A stretch of DNA of 64,000 nt from a virus: positions 1 through 64,000 of the IMG/VR virus record IMGVR_UViG_3300042868_003730; one strand, written 5' to 3'. Both the position numbers and the translations under genes were made by a program. Below the pieces are notes generated by a model. That model saw only the letters and a program-made list of their open reading frames with translations. It searched no databases and was not told the DNA's origin. Of this stretch, positions 26,985 to 36,130 are shown piece after piece. How positions within the stretch are numbered: the stretch's first letter is position 1; every line of letters begins with the position of its first letter.

Positions 26985-27469
26985 AAATCTACCTTGATAT
27001 GGATGGCGTCCTCGCCAACTTCAACAAGAAGTATGAGGAAGTGTTTAAGATCGATCCAACTACGGTCGCCAAGCGATCTGCTGAATCAGATAAGAACTTC
27101 GAGGAGTTCATTGTCGGATTCCGATTCATTGAACTTGACTACATGCCAAACGCAACTCGGCTGCTAGAGTTCGTCGATGGGCTTGATGTTGACGTCGAGA
27201 TCCTGAGTTCTTCTGGTGGCGCCAAACATCACAGAGAAGTCGAATATCAGAAGAAGATCTGGTTGAACAGCAAACTTCTTCATTACCCAGTGAACATTGT
27301 TCCAGGTGGTAGCAAGAAGGCGGCATTCGCTGCTCCGGATCATATCCTGATTGACGATACGGAAAGAGTTGTCAACAAATATCGGGCAGCTGGTGGTGTC
27401 GCTATTCTGCACCGCGATGATGATATTGATCATACATTTTATGAACTGACGAGGATCTTCGGACAATGA
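26981..27469 (+). CDS. HAD-family 5'(3')-deoxyribonucleotidase
   Basis: YLDMDGVLANF, ILIDD. Confidence 0.88.
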   Translation: MKIYLDMDGVLANFNKKYEEVFKIDPTTVAKRSAESDKNFEEFIVGFRFIELDYMPNATRLLEFVDGLDVDVEILSSSGGAKHHREVEYQKKIWLNSKLLHYPVNIVPGGSKKAAFAAPDHILIDDTERVVNKYRAAGGVAILHRDDDIDHTFYELTRIFGQ

Positions 27470-27738
27470 ACAAGCAAGAAACTGAACTGCTAACTATTAC
27501 TCTTGAGGAGTGCTCTGAAGTAATTCAGGCTATCTCCAAGTGTTTCCGATTCGGAATGGACGGCCAATGGCCAGCTGGTGCTCCGAGTAACAAACAGCAT
27601 CTGGAAGAGGAGATCGGAGATTTGATGTGTATGATTGATATCCTTGAGCGAAAGGGTATTATCGATATCGATGCTGTGCATGCAGCGACTCTGAACAAAC
27701 GTGATAAACTATCTAAATGGAGCAATGTGAACATATGA
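27466..27738 (+). CDS. MazG-like pyrophosphatase
   Basis: EECSEVIQAISK..LEEEIGDL. Confidence 0.82.
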   Translation: MNKQETELLTITLEECSEVIQAISKCFRFGMDGQWPAGAPSNKQHLEEEIGDLMCMIDILERKGIIDIDAVHAATLNKRDKLSKWSNVNI

Positions 27739-28175
27739 CTACCTATACAAGTGAAGTTATTCTCGATCCAGAAACTGGTGAGTACATTCTTGATCTTCCT
27801 GTTGAAGTTACATATGAACTCGGCTGGAACATCGGTGATACCCTAGACTGGACAGTAAATGATAATGGTCAAGTAATTCTTAAGAAAGTAACTAAAATGA
27901 AGACATATGCCGTAGAGACAGTTTCCTCCTTCCGTCATGTATATTTTGTCGAATGTGAAAATGAAGAGCATGCACTGGATACTGTAGCAATGGAAGAGGC
28001 TGAACATTATTTCCAGCATCATCTTGGTGAACATGTTATCACTGCTCGAGAAGTAGACAAGAGCGATATGGTTAAGATCATTCGTGAGACAGAACAACCT
28101 AACCTGACTATGGAAGAGTTCGAAAGTAAGTCATGGATCCAGAACTGTGTTCACGTGGTTGACTATACCAAATGA
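27735..28175 (+). CDS. Protein with N-terminal AbrB/MazE-like domain
   Basis: LDLPVEV..ELGWNIGDTLDW..QVILKK. Confidence 0.65.
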   Translation: MTTYTSEVILDPETGEYILDLPVEVTYELGWNIGDTLDWTVNDNGQVILKKVTKMKTYAVETVSSFRHVYFVECENEEHALDTVAMEEAEHYFQHHLGEHVITAREVDKSDMVKIIRETEQPNLTMEEFESKSWIQNCVHVVDYTK

Positions 28176-28357
28176 ATGCTACCTTCGTGATCTATAGCAG
28201 CGACACGGAGGCGCTGGCTAGTATGGATGAGATTGTGCGGAGGGTTATATCTAAATCCCTCGGTACAGTAGTCATTACTCCAAATGTAGACGAAGAACAG
28301 AAGATGTATTATGAATTTGTCATCAATGTCGAAAGTGATAAACTAAATTTCGTATGA
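28172..28357 (+). CDS. Hypothetical protein
   Basis: ATGA overlaps. Confidence 0.6.
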   Translation: MNATFVIYSSDTEALASMDEIVRRVISKSLGTVVITPNVDEEQKMYYEFVINVESDKLNFV

Positions 28358-28911
28358 ACATCTTTGCTCTTGATAATGATCCGAAAATATGCGCTGAGTA
28401 TCATCTTGACAAACACGTCGTTAAGATGATACTCGAATATAGTCAACTTCTCTCAACTGCCCACAGACTACTCGATGGAAAACAATCTGAATCCCTCTCC
28501 AAGACAGGTCGCCGCACTACTACGTGGAGACTGGACGATGACAGGGACTCTCTCCTGTACAAAGCAACTCACAGCAATCATCCCAGCGCAATCTGGGCGC
28601 GTAAATCTTCAGGGAACTACCAGTGGCTCCAGACTCTGTTGGCTTGTCTCTCCAAAGAGTACACTTTCCGTTATGGAAGAAAGCACAAGTGCGAAACAGA
28701 TGGACTTATTGCCCGTCTAGCAACTCTTCCGACCAATATTCCTATTGGTGATATTACTCCAATTCTGTTGGCTATGCCTGATGACTATAAAGTAGCTGAT
28801 GGAGTTGAATCCTATCGTAATTACTATCGTCTTGGTAAACCACACATCCATTCCTGGAAAGGGAAAGTAGCTGGTCGTCCGATTCCCTCCTGGATTTGGT
28901 GCGGTAAATAG
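28354..28911 (+). CDS. Pyrimidine dimer DNA glycosylase-like protein
   Basis: MNIF.LD, DKHVVKMILEYSQLLSTAH, THSNHPS.IW, EYTFRYG.KH. Confidence 0.82.
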   Translation: MNIFALDNDPKICAEYHLDKHVVKMILEYSQLLSTAHRLLDGKQSESLSKTGRRTTTWRLDDDRDSLLYKATHSNHPSAIWARKSSGNYQWLQTLLACLSKEYTFRYGRKHKCETDGLIARLATLPTNIPIGDITPILLAMPDDYKVADGVESYRNYYRLGKPHIHSWKGKVAGRPIPSWIWCGK

Positions 28912-28938
28912 AAAGTGTGTTAAACTTTAGGAGGGCAT

Positions 28939-29190
28939 ATGCCTCTATACGATAGACGATGTTCGATCTGTGAAGCAGTGTTTGAGATTAGCTGCAAGAT
29001 CAGCGAGAAGTCAAATGAATTTGCTTGTCCTGATTGCAATTCCACTGCAGGAGAATGGCAGATTGGTTCACCAATGGCGATCGCACCAGATAGATTGGGG
29101 CGTGGTAGAGATGGTGGTATGAATGAGGTTCTCCAGAAAATCCATGCGGCAAATCCGAAGGGTACTCTGGGCGAACGGAACTCATTTTAA
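28939..29190 (+). CDS. FmdB-like zinc-ribbon protein
   Basis: MPLYDRRCSIC..CPDC. Confidence 0.82.
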   Translation: MPLYDRRCSICEAVFEISCKISEKSNEFACPDCNSTAGEWQIGSPMAIAPDRLGRGRDGGMNEVLQKIHAANPKGTLGERNSF

Positions 29191-29272
29191 TAATCCATAA
29201 TTGACAATACCTCTAGCATCCTTGACGTAGTTCTGGGTGCTAAAGTCATTTGCATCTAATAAGAAAGAAAAT

Positions 29273-30034
29273 ATGGCAACAAGAAAAACTCCAGTACAAA
29301 GACGCGATGAACAAATTGATAACGATGAGACAACGAATCGTCATCAGCCTGTAAATAATGCTCTGAAGATTAAACTCGATCATCTCAAGACATTCGAGCC
29401 ATTAACTGATAATCAAGGTAAGTTCTTCGAACTATATCGTGGCGGTGCATATTGCGTTGGTTTGTTTGGTAGTCCAGGTGTTGGTAAGACATTCCTATCA
29501 ATGCTCAAAGCAATTGAGGAAGTTCTTGATAAATCGAATTCATTTAAGCAAGTAGTTGTCATCCGAAGTGCAGTCCAGGTTCGTGACCAAGGATTCGTTC
29601 CAGGCGACTTGGATGAAAAGATGGCTATCTATGAACAGCCATACAAAGAGATTAGCCAGACGTTATTCGGTCGCCCAGATGCATGGGAGAGACTGAAGGA
29701 ACAGGGTTATGCTCGCTTCATCTCTACTACTGCTATTCGTGGTATTAGTATTGACGATGCCATCATTATCGTCGATGAGTGCCAGAGTATGACATGGCAC
29801 GAACTGAGTTCAGTTATTTCTCGAACTGGTCATCGATCCAAGATTCTGTTCGTTGGTGATTTGAAACAGAATGACCTCGTGAAGACAAGGAATGATATCT
29901 CTGGTCTGAAGCAATTCCTTGAAGTGCTATATACGATGCCAGAGTTTCAATCTATTGAGTTCACACCGGATGATATCGTTCGAAGCAGTCTGGTTAAGAG
30001 CTTCATTGTAGCATGCGATAAGTTAGGGTACTGA
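29273..30034 (+). CDS. phoH: PhoH-like ATPase
   Basis: GSPGVGKT, GFVPGDLDEK, IRG, IVDECQ, GDLKQND, DIVRS. Confidence 0.92.
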   Translation: MATRKTPVQRRDEQIDNDETTNRHQPVNNALKIKLDHLKTFEPLTDNQGKFFELYRGGAYCVGLFGSPGVGKTFLSMLKAIEEVLDKSNSFKQVVVIRSAVQVRDQGFVPGDLDEKMAIYEQPYKEISQTLFGRPDAWERLKEQGYARFISTTAIRGISIDDAIIIVDECQSMTWHELSSVISRTGHRSKILFVGDLKQNDLVKTRNDISGLKQFLEVLYTMPEFQSIEFTPDDIVRSSLVKSFIVACDKLGY

Positions 30035-30050
30035 TTACTATATCATCGCT

Positions 30051-30092
30051 ACAGTTGAATTATACCTTATGAAAAACAAGTGTAAAATAAAT
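30051..30092 (-). promoter_or_regulatory. Antisense sigma70-type promoter-like repeat (copy 1)
   Basis: Minus strand TTTACA-16nt-TATAAT; near-identical to 50890..50930. Confidence 0.55.
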
Positions 30093-30093
30093 T

Positions 30094-30756
30094 ATGAAAT
30101 TAGTTGAGTATGATGCACTGAAGTCGGTCTGTAAAAGGATCGACTCTCCCTCTGGTAGAAAATACCTAACTCCGGAGGGAAACAGTTACCCCTCGGTCAC
30201 GAGCATTATTAGCATAATGAGTGAGGAGTTTATTCGTGCCTGGAAAGAAGCAGTGGGTGAGTCTACGGCCAACGAGATTAGCCGAAAGGCAGCTACGCGT
30301 GGTACATTGATCCATGAGAACTGCGAGAATTACCTCCAAGGCAAACCTCTGACGTTTAGTATGTTCGAGCAAGAAGAACGCAAAATGTTCGAGAATCTAA
30401 TGCCAGTTATGGAGTCGATTGAGGAAGTGCATGCGATGGAATCCGTGCTCTACTCAGATACTCTTAAGTTTGCTGGCACCGTAGACCTGATCGCCAAAAT
30501 CAATGGCGAGCTGTGCATCCTGGATTGGAAGACCAGCGGTCGTTATAAGTCCTCTGAGGACATCCCAAACTACTTTACCCAGGCAGCGGCGTATGCCTAT
30601 GCCTTCTGGGAAATGACAGGAATTACTGTTCCGAATATCGTAATCGCAATGACTACGGAAGAATTTGGTTTACTTTTATTCAAGGAACCAGTGAAAAAAT
30701 GGATCCCTGAGTTCGTCGAAATTCGCAAGGAATACGCTCGCCAGCGAGGTTGTTGA
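30094..30756 (+). CDS. PD-(D/E)XK exonuclease (Cas4-like phage exonuclease)
   Basis: YPSVTS, RGTLIH, AGTVDL, ILDWKTS, YFTQAAAY. Confidence 0.9.
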   Translation: MKLVEYDALKSVCKRIDSPSGRKYLTPEGNSYPSVTSIISIMSEEFIRAWKEAVGESTANEISRKAATRGTLIHENCENYLQGKPLTFSMFEQEERKMFENLMPVMESIEEVHAMESVLYSDTLKFAGTVDLIAKINGELCILDWKTSGRYKSSEDIPNYFTQAAAYAYAFWEMTGITVPNIVIAMTTEEFGLLLFKEPVKKWIPEFVEIRKEYARQRGC

Positions 30757-30757
30757 T

Positions 30758-30815
30758 TTTACTTTTATTCAGTTTCGGGGTATAATAACTTATCGAAACG
30801 TGAAAGGAAAGCAAA
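30758..30815 (+). promoter_or_regulatory. Early promoter cassette
   Basis: TTTACT-17nt-TATAAT-aacttatcgaaacg. Confidence 0.87.
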
Positions 30816-31070
30816 ATGCGTCGTGTTCAAATCGTCAAGGGTCTCAAGAATTCCCAGCGTATTCGCGTGATTATGGATGGCATCGGTTATAATTCTACCG
30901 TACAGGATTCTCTGGATGGACCATTCACTACTCAGAATAGTGCAATCCACCTGGCTCTGGAAAAGTTGGCGAAGTCCTCTCCAAAATCTACTGGGCTTGC
31001 TACTCGCATCACGACCTATGATAGCAAGATGCGTGCAAAAGAGTTCGATATTCAAATTGATCTGATCTAG
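30816..31070 (+). CDS. Early hypothetical protein
   Basis: Behind promoter and SD. Confidence 0.72.
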   Translation: MRRVQIVKGLKNSQRIRVIMDGIGYNSTVQDSLDGPFTTQNSAIHLALEKLAKSSPKSTGLATRITTYDSKMRAKEFDIQIDLI

Positions 31071-31078
31071 GAATAGAG

Positions 31079-31130
31079 TTTACTTTTATTCGGTTTCGCG
31101 GTATAATAATTTATCGAAACGTAGAAGGAA
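31079..31130 (+). promoter_or_regulatory. Early promoter cassette
   Basis: TTTACT-17nt-TATAAT. Confidence 0.85.
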
Positions 31131-31370
31131 ATGAAAATGCAAGTTTATTCTCTTATCGGTGGGTCAATGTTCGGCGACGACCTTCTTGGCGTGTTCTCTA
31201 CTTTGGAACAACTTATGGACTTCGTGCGTGCTGGTACTGGTCGTGAAGAATATGATGGTGCTTGGTGCTATGATCGCATGGGCTATGTTCAGTCCGAACT
31301 GGGATCGTCTATCGATGTCCGAGTTGAGTTCGTTGATGTTGAGTTCCGTGATTCTGGCTTTTACGCCTAA
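31131..31370 (+). CDS. Early hypothetical protein
   Basis: Behind promoter and SD. Confidence 0.7.
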   Translation: MKMQVYSLIGGSMFGDDLLGVFSTLEQLMDFVRAGTGREEYDGAWCYDRMGYVQSELGSSIDVRVEFVDVEFRDSGFYA

Positions 31371-31381
31371 GGAGAAAAGAC

Positions 31382-31660
31382 ATGAAGGGTGGCACTCTGT
31401 TCTATCGCGTTATTCCTGCTGATCGTGATCGTGGTTACGTTCTGTTGACTGGCTGGGCTAAACCTCTGAATCGTGCTTCGAGTTATACGAACAGTTCGCT
31501 GACTGCTCCGAGCCGAGCATCTCTGAATGCACTGCTCGCTAGCATCAAGGCTACTTCTGGTGCTGATACTCTGGTTGATGCAACTGAACCAGGTATTGTC
31601 AAGAGACTGGCCAAGTTGTTCGGTGAAGTTCCTGTCGTTACTCCTGAGGAAACTGTATGA
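31382..31660 (+). CDS. Hypothetical protein
   Basis: AAGGAG SD. Confidence 0.7.
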   Translation: MKGGTLFYRVIPADRDRGYVLLTGWAKPLNRASSYTNSSLTAPSRASLNALLASIKATSGADTLVDATEPGIVKRLAKLFGEVPVVTPEETV

Positions 31661-31914
31661 TCCCCATCTTTGATCTGAGTTCGTTTTCGTATAACAAACA
31701 GACGAAACATCTGACGATGTACAATGAAGCCACAGTTCATCCGGAGTTCTTTATTCGGTCGAACCACACTGGACGCACTGTTCGGTTCATCGTTGATCAG
31801 GCAGATATGATTCGGAATGAGTTTTACGATGGCGAGATCGCTACGTTCATTCCCTATGAGTATGAAGAACGAATCAATGTTACCCGTGTTGTAATTATTC
31901 GAGGAGAAGGTTAA
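31657..31914 (+). CDS. Hypothetical protein
   Basis: ATGA overlap. Confidence 0.65.
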   Translation: MIPIFDLSSFSYNKQTKHLTMYNEATVHPEFFIRSNHTGRTVRFIVDQADMIRNEFYDGEIATFIPYEYEERINVTRVVIIRGEG

Positions 31915-32147
31915 TGTCTGTTATGTCTAATCTCGCAATCGATCTCGAGAATATGATCGAAGAGGGCTACTCTAATTCTGTTATTGCCGAGGCTCTTGGT
32001 GTCTCAGTTGATATCGTCGCGCAGTTTCGTCAGGAGTGTGATGACATTGATGATTATGACGAAAGTATGGATGGTGACTTCGATTCTGCTCTGGCGTCGG
32101 CAGGATTTGGTACTGATGAAGATTATGGAGGATATAATGAAGAATAG
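31914..32147 (+). CDS. Small acidic protein with HTH-like N-terminus
   Basis: IAEALGVSVDIV; DESMDGDFDSALASAGFGTDEDYG tail. Confidence 0.7.
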   Translation: MSVMSNLAIDLENMIEEGYSNSVIAEALGVSVDIVAQFRQECDDIDDYDESMDGDFDSALASAGFGTDEDYGGYNEE

Positions 32148-32248
32148 TGTTACTGTGCCGCGACCTTACACTAGGGTATCTATCAAACCAAAGCAAGCGC
32201 ATAAGATCGCTACTCGTTATGACCGAAAAAAACTGGACAAGTATAATT

Positions 32249-32422
32249 ATGACTGATAAGGAACTAGAAGAACTCCAGCAGCGCAATGCCCAGCGACTGG
32301 CAGAAGTTAAATTGAGGATGGGCGATAAGTGGCTCCTGCATCCTACCAATAAGGTTACGAAGGAAAAGTGGCAGAAGGTTATCAAGACATCTACCAAAAG
32401 GATTGTTCTTAACAATGTCTAA
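32249..32422 (+). CDS. Hypothetical protein
   Basis: Probable start MTDKEL. Confidence 0.6.
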   Translation: MTDKELEELQQRNAQRLAEVKLRMGDKWLLHPTNKVTKEKWQKVIKTSTKRIVLNNV

Positions 32423-32735
32423 ACTAAAGTTCAAATCAGCTGCAGAGAAACGTCAATACGAAGAGAATCTGCGCAGCTGGGAAAATTTGAAGGCTAAATA
32501 CCCTCCAGCCCTAGTAAAACGTAAGAAAGATACTGACTGGGTGTATTCGCTACCAGTTGCGCGTAATACGGAGAAATTGCAGAGTTTGGTGACCCCTGGT
32601 GGTTCAACTGCTGCAAAACAGTCTATGATGTACACTGGAGACAAAATCAAGGGTATTGGGACTATGCATAAGTCCAATATGGTCCCTGTGTTCTCCAATG
32701 ACGAGGCTAAAGACCTGGCGTCCATGCGGCGATAG
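32415..32735 (+). CDS. Conserved T4-like hypothetical protein (GIGTMHKSNMVPVF..SMRR)
   Basis: Recognisable C-terminal motif. Confidence 0.75.
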   Translation: MSKLKFKSAAEKRQYEENLRSWENLKAKYPPALVKRKKDTDWVYSLPVARNTEKLQSLVTPGGSTAAKQSMMYTGDKIKGIGTMHKSNMVPVFSNDEAKDLASMRR

Positions 32736-32738
32736 TTC

Positions 32739-32796
32739 TTTACTTTTATTCAGTTTCGAGGTATAATAACTTATCGAAGGTTGAAAGGAAAGCAAA
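32739..32796 (+). promoter_or_regulatory. Early promoter cassette
   Basis: TTTACT-17nt-TATAAT-aacttatcgaa. Confidence 0.87.
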
Positions 32797-32913
32797 ATGT
32801 TTGAATCGTTTCTCGCGTGGATGTTTATGCCTGGCACCTGGAATGATGCTATGGTTTACCTTGGGTTTGTCGCTCTTGTCGCTCTGGCTACTCTTGTCGC
32901 TTTTGGAGAATAA
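32797..32913 (+). CDS. 38-aa hydrophobic membrane peptide (MFESFLAWMF...)
   Basis: Directly behind cassette SD; not in ORF track. Confidence 0.6.
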   Translation: MFESFLAWMFMPGTWNDAMVYLGFVALVALATLVAFGE

Positions 32914-32914
32914 G

Positions 32915-33121
32915 ATGAAGAAATTATTGCTTATCGTTGGTGTTACTCTGATGCTTTCGGGTTGTGGTAAGTTTAACCAGACGTGGGACTCTGCAGTATC
33001 TGGGTTTACTACCCGATGCATCGAAGGAACGACGTTCGTAATTCTGGATTCTGATCGCGGTGTTGCAATTACCCCTCTTGTTGGACAGGATGGGCTACCT
33101 AAAGTTTGCGTGTCTGAATAA
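32915..33121 (+). CDS. Small lipoprotein
   Basis: MKKLLLIVGVTLMLSGC lipobox, GGAG SD. Confidence 0.75.
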   Translation: MKKLLLIVGVTLMLSGCGKFNQTWDSAVSGFTTRCIEGTTFVILDSDRGVAITPLVGQDGLPKVCVSE

Positions 33122-33321
33122 TGAATGATCGGATTAAGAAATTGGCTGAGGAAGCTGGCCTAGGTCAGGAACGATGGAATTCCACAGAACAGTTTAATGC
33201 TTTTCTGGAAGAGTTCGCCGAGTTGATTGTAGGGGAATGTGCCGTTGTTGCGGATTATTTCTACTCTCGGAACGATTGTGTGAGTGGTCGAAACATTAAG
33301 AAACATTTTGGAGTTGAATGA
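33121..33321 (+). CDS. Hypothetical protein, MNERI..FAELIV.EC..HFGVE family
   Basis: Paralog of 15221 and 15439 ORFs. Confidence 0.7.
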   Translation: MNDRIKKLAEEAGLGQERWNSTEQFNAFLEEFAELIVGECAVVADYFYSRNDCVSGRNIKKHFGVE

Positions 33322-33518
33322 TGGAAAAACTAGATAAATTTATGAAATATATGCCTGGTCTGTATATGTTTGTTGCGGGATTCATGTTCTTAGTCATGTG
33401 CCAAGATTTCCTCGAAGGAAACATTGGTCTGGCGTTCATTAGTTCCATTTTGTTCTTGGGCAATCTTTGTGCTTACATCCATGATGTGAGGAAGGAAGAA
33501 AATGAATCTGTGCATTGA
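33318..33518 (+). CDS. Two-TM membrane protein
   Basis: Hydrophobic helices. Confidence 0.65.
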   Translation: MMEKLDKFMKYMPGLYMFVAGFMFLVMCQDFLEGNIGLAFISSILFLGNLCAYIHDVRKEENESVH

Positions 33519-33753
33519 CTGCATTCACTTTCGTCGCGCCCAGATGCTCGATTCGAAAGGAATCTGTTATCACCCTCAGGCAGTCATTTCGCGATCGCCA
33601 ATTGATGGCACGGTAACCTACCATAAAGTTGAGGTGATGCGCGCCAAGGTCGATCTTTGCCGCAATTCTGGTGTTCTGTTCCAATCTTTGCCAGTAGGCA
33701 AAGGTAAAACGGATTCCTCTTTATTTGATCGCATGAAGCGATGGTTTCCTTAA
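33502..33753 (+). CDS. Cys-containing hypothetical protein
   Basis: CIDC..C.HP..C pattern. Confidence 0.65.
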   Translation: MNLCIDCIHFRRAQMLDSKGICYHPQAVISRSPIDGTVTYHKVEVMRAKVDLCRNSGVLFQSLPVGKGKTDSSLFDRMKRWFP

Positions 33754-34226
33754 TCAAATATCACATCGTGGCATTTCTCTTGTTGGTAGCTACCTTACCA
33801 ACAAGTTTAGCCACAATGCCACCAAGTATAGATTGGCCCTCTGATGAGGTAATCAGTGAATACAAGTGTATGGTCACTGCTCTTTACTTCGAGGCTCGAG
33901 GTGAATCTATCATCGGTGTCCAGGCAGTCGCTAATGTTATTCTGAATAGAACTACGCACTATAGATTCCCTGGTAGTGTTTGTGAAGTAGTGAAGCAAAG
34001 AAATAAACGTACCTGCCAGTTCAGTTGGTATTGCGATAAGAAACCGCGAATACTGCCTGATACTATCGACATCAAGATAAAGGAAATCGCATACTCTGCA
34101 GTGATCACTAAATCATTAAAAGACGTAACAGGTGGCGCGTTGTTCTTTCATAGCAAAACAGTACAGGGTTGGGAAAGGTTAAATAGAACGAGACAGATCG
34201 GAAATCACTATTTCTACAAATACTAA
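33741..34226 (+). CDS. SleB-like cell wall hydrolase (Hydrolase_2)
   Basis: YFEARGE, VILNR, FPGSVCEVV, CQFSW, IGNHYFY. Confidence 0.9.
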   Translation: MVSLIKYHIVAFLLLVATLPTSLATMPPSIDWPSDEVISEYKCMVTALYFEARGESIIGVQAVANVILNRTTHYRFPGSVCEVVKQRNKRTCQFSWYCDKKPRILPDTIDIKIKEIAYSAVITKSLKDVTGGALFFHSKTVQGWERLNRTRQIGNHYFYKY

Positions 34227-34234
34227 GGATCATT

Positions 34235-34822
34235 ATGGCAACTAGAAAACAATCAGCTAAACAGAAGGAAGACAGTCGCACAAGCCAAGGCGATATGGAG
34301 AACCATTCAGTTCAGTTGCTATTCGGTGAGATTGATATTGAAATCGCAGCAGTAATCTGCGCATGGATTCTTGAATCAAATATGGCACAGAATCCAGAAG
34401 AAAAGCCAGCGGCATTGACAATGATGATCAATAGCGTTGGTGGTGATCTGCATGCAGCATTCGCCATTATTGAATGTATGCGCGGCAGTACTATTCCTGT
34501 TCATACTGTGGCATTGGGTAATATCTGCTCAGCTGGTCTTATGATCTTTATGAGTGGACAGAAGTCGTTTAGAACTCTGACTCCAACCTGCACGATAATG
34601 AGCCACAACTACTCAACTGGTATTGTTGGCAATCACCACGAACTCCTTGCCATCCAGAAGGAACTGAACTTTACGCATCAACGTATTCTTGATGTATACA
34701 AGAAGTGTACTGGACTGCCAGAGAAGGTCATTCTTGAGAAGTTGATTGGTAATCAGGACACGTACCTGACCCCAACTGAGGCACTGGCATTGAAACTAGC
34801 AGATAGGATCGCAGGATTATAG
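34235..34822 (+). CDS. clpP: ClpP-like protease
   Basis: INSVGG, ICSAG (Ser), MSH (His), QDTYL (Asp), EALALKLAD. Confidence 0.85.
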   Translation: MATRKQSAKQKEDSRTSQGDMENHSVQLLFGEIDIEIAAVICAWILESNMAQNPEEKPAALTMMINSVGGDLHAAFAIIECMRGSTIPVHTVALGNICSAGLMIFMSGQKSFRTLTPTCTIMSHNYSTGIVGNHHELLAIQKELNFTHQRILDVYKKCTGLPEKVILEKLIGNQDTYLTPTEALALKLADRIAGL

Positions 34823-34827
34823 GAACT

Positions 34828-34862
34828 CTAAATAATCCATCGAGAACTATTTTGATGGATTA
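34828..34862 (+). promoter_or_regulatory. Late promoter with overlapping RBS-sequestering hairpin
   Basis: CTAAATA at 34828, then taatccatc / gatggatta inverted repeat ending just before ATG 34865. Confidence 0.55.
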
Positions 34863-34864
34863 GC

Positions 34865-36106
34865 ATGCTGGATTTTAGAACTTATATCACCGAGGCAACT
34901 AATGCCCACATGACTCACATTGCCGACCTACCTTTTATCGAAGGTGTGGAAGGTACGCGAAAGGCTATCGCCTATTTGCATGATCTGAGGGACTTCCTAA
35001 ATGGTAGTCCCTCTTCTCACATGGCATCAAAGAATAAGATGTCAGTTAAGTTCGACGGAGCACCTGCTGTTTTCCTAGGTATCGACCCAACTGATGGAAA
35101 ATTCTTCGTCGCAAAGAAGGGTATCTTCAATAAGAACCCAATCGTCTACAAGACTCAGGCTGAAGTCGATGCTGATCTTCAGGGCGACCTACAAGAAAAG
35201 TTCTCGATCCTATTGAAGGAACTGCCTAAGCTGGGCATCAAGTCCGGAATCTTCCAGGGCGATTTGATGTTCACGAAGTCAGATCTCAAGAAAGAAACAA
35301 TTGATGGTGAGCAATATGTTTGCTTCCACCCAAATACGATTGTTTATGCAGTACCAGTATCTTCTCCTCTTGCTGCTAAGATTCAAGCAGCCAAGATCGG
35401 TATTGCTTTCCATACTGAATACACCGGAACAGAATTCGCTAACCTATCAGCGCATTTCGGAAATAAGATTGTTCCGAAGTTCAAAGAGAGCAAAGATATC
35501 TGGGCAGTTGATGCTGCCTTTGAAGATGCTTCCTCAGTAGCTACTCTTTCTCCGGCTGAAGAAGCGAATGTAGATACTCTTCTTAGTGGAATTGATAAAG
35601 TATTCAAGAGCATCGATGGTGTAATGCTCAATGAGATCCATAAAGACAAAGAACTGCTCGATCTGGTTTTGATCTACATCAACTCCAAAGTAAAACAGAA
35701 CGTCAGATCAGAAATGGCATCTGATAAAGCACTTGGCTTCGCTAAGTTTATTGATGATCGTTATCAGAAAGAGATCGAGAAAAGAGCTAGCGCAGCGGGT
35801 AAGGCTACTCAAGAACAAAAGCGATTAAGAGTCCTTGAGTATTTCAAGAAACATGAGAACAAGGAGATCGCAAAGATCTTCTTAGTTGCTGATATGATTG
35901 ATGAGTTAAAGGGTATTCTTATTGCCAAGATGAACCAGATCGGTGGTCTCAAGCACTTCGTCAAGACCAACAGTGGTTTCAAGGTAACCTCTCCTGAGGG
36001 ATTTGTTGCTATCAATAGTGACAATGAGGCAGTAAAACTAATTGACAGATTTGAGTTTAGTCAGAACAACTTCTCTCCAGAGATCATCAAAGGCTGGACT
36101 AAATAA
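34865..36106 (+). CDS. Conserved T4-like protein (DUF6267-like) with ligase/nucleotidyltransferase-type motifs
   Basis: SVKFDGAP, FQGDLMF, PEGFVA, VKLIDR; N-terminus MLDFRTYITEA. Confidence 0.75.
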   Translation: MLDFRTYITEATNAHMTHIADLPFIEGVEGTRKAIAYLHDLRDFLNGSPSSHMASKNKMSVKFDGAPAVFLGIDPTDGKFFVAKKGIFNKNPIVYKTQAEVDADLQGDLQEKFSILLKELPKLGIKSGIFQGDLMFTKSDLKKETIDGEQYVCFHPNTIVYAVPVSSPLAAKIQAAKIGIAFHTEYTGTEFANLSAHFGNKIVPKFKESKDIWAVDAAFEDASSVATLSPAEEANVDTLLSGIDKVFKSIDGVMLNEIHKDKELLDLVLIYINSKVKQNVRSEMASDKALGFAKFIDDRYQKEIEKRASAAGKATQEQKRLRVLEYFKKHENKEIAKIFLVADMIDELKGILIAKMNQIGGLKHFVKTNSGFKVTSPEGFVAINSDNEAVKLIDRFEFSQNNFSPEIIKGWTK

Positions 36107-36130
36107 TATATTCGTCGATTGTCAAACAAA

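Noticed and set aside
30669-30682. tttacttttattca match inside the exonuclease gene
   Set aside because: No TATAAT at the 17-nt spacing; encodes LLLF in frame
30094-30756. Cas4-like nuclease as evidence of a CRISPR system
   Set aside because: Ordinary T4-like phage exonuclease next to phoH; no array or other cas genes
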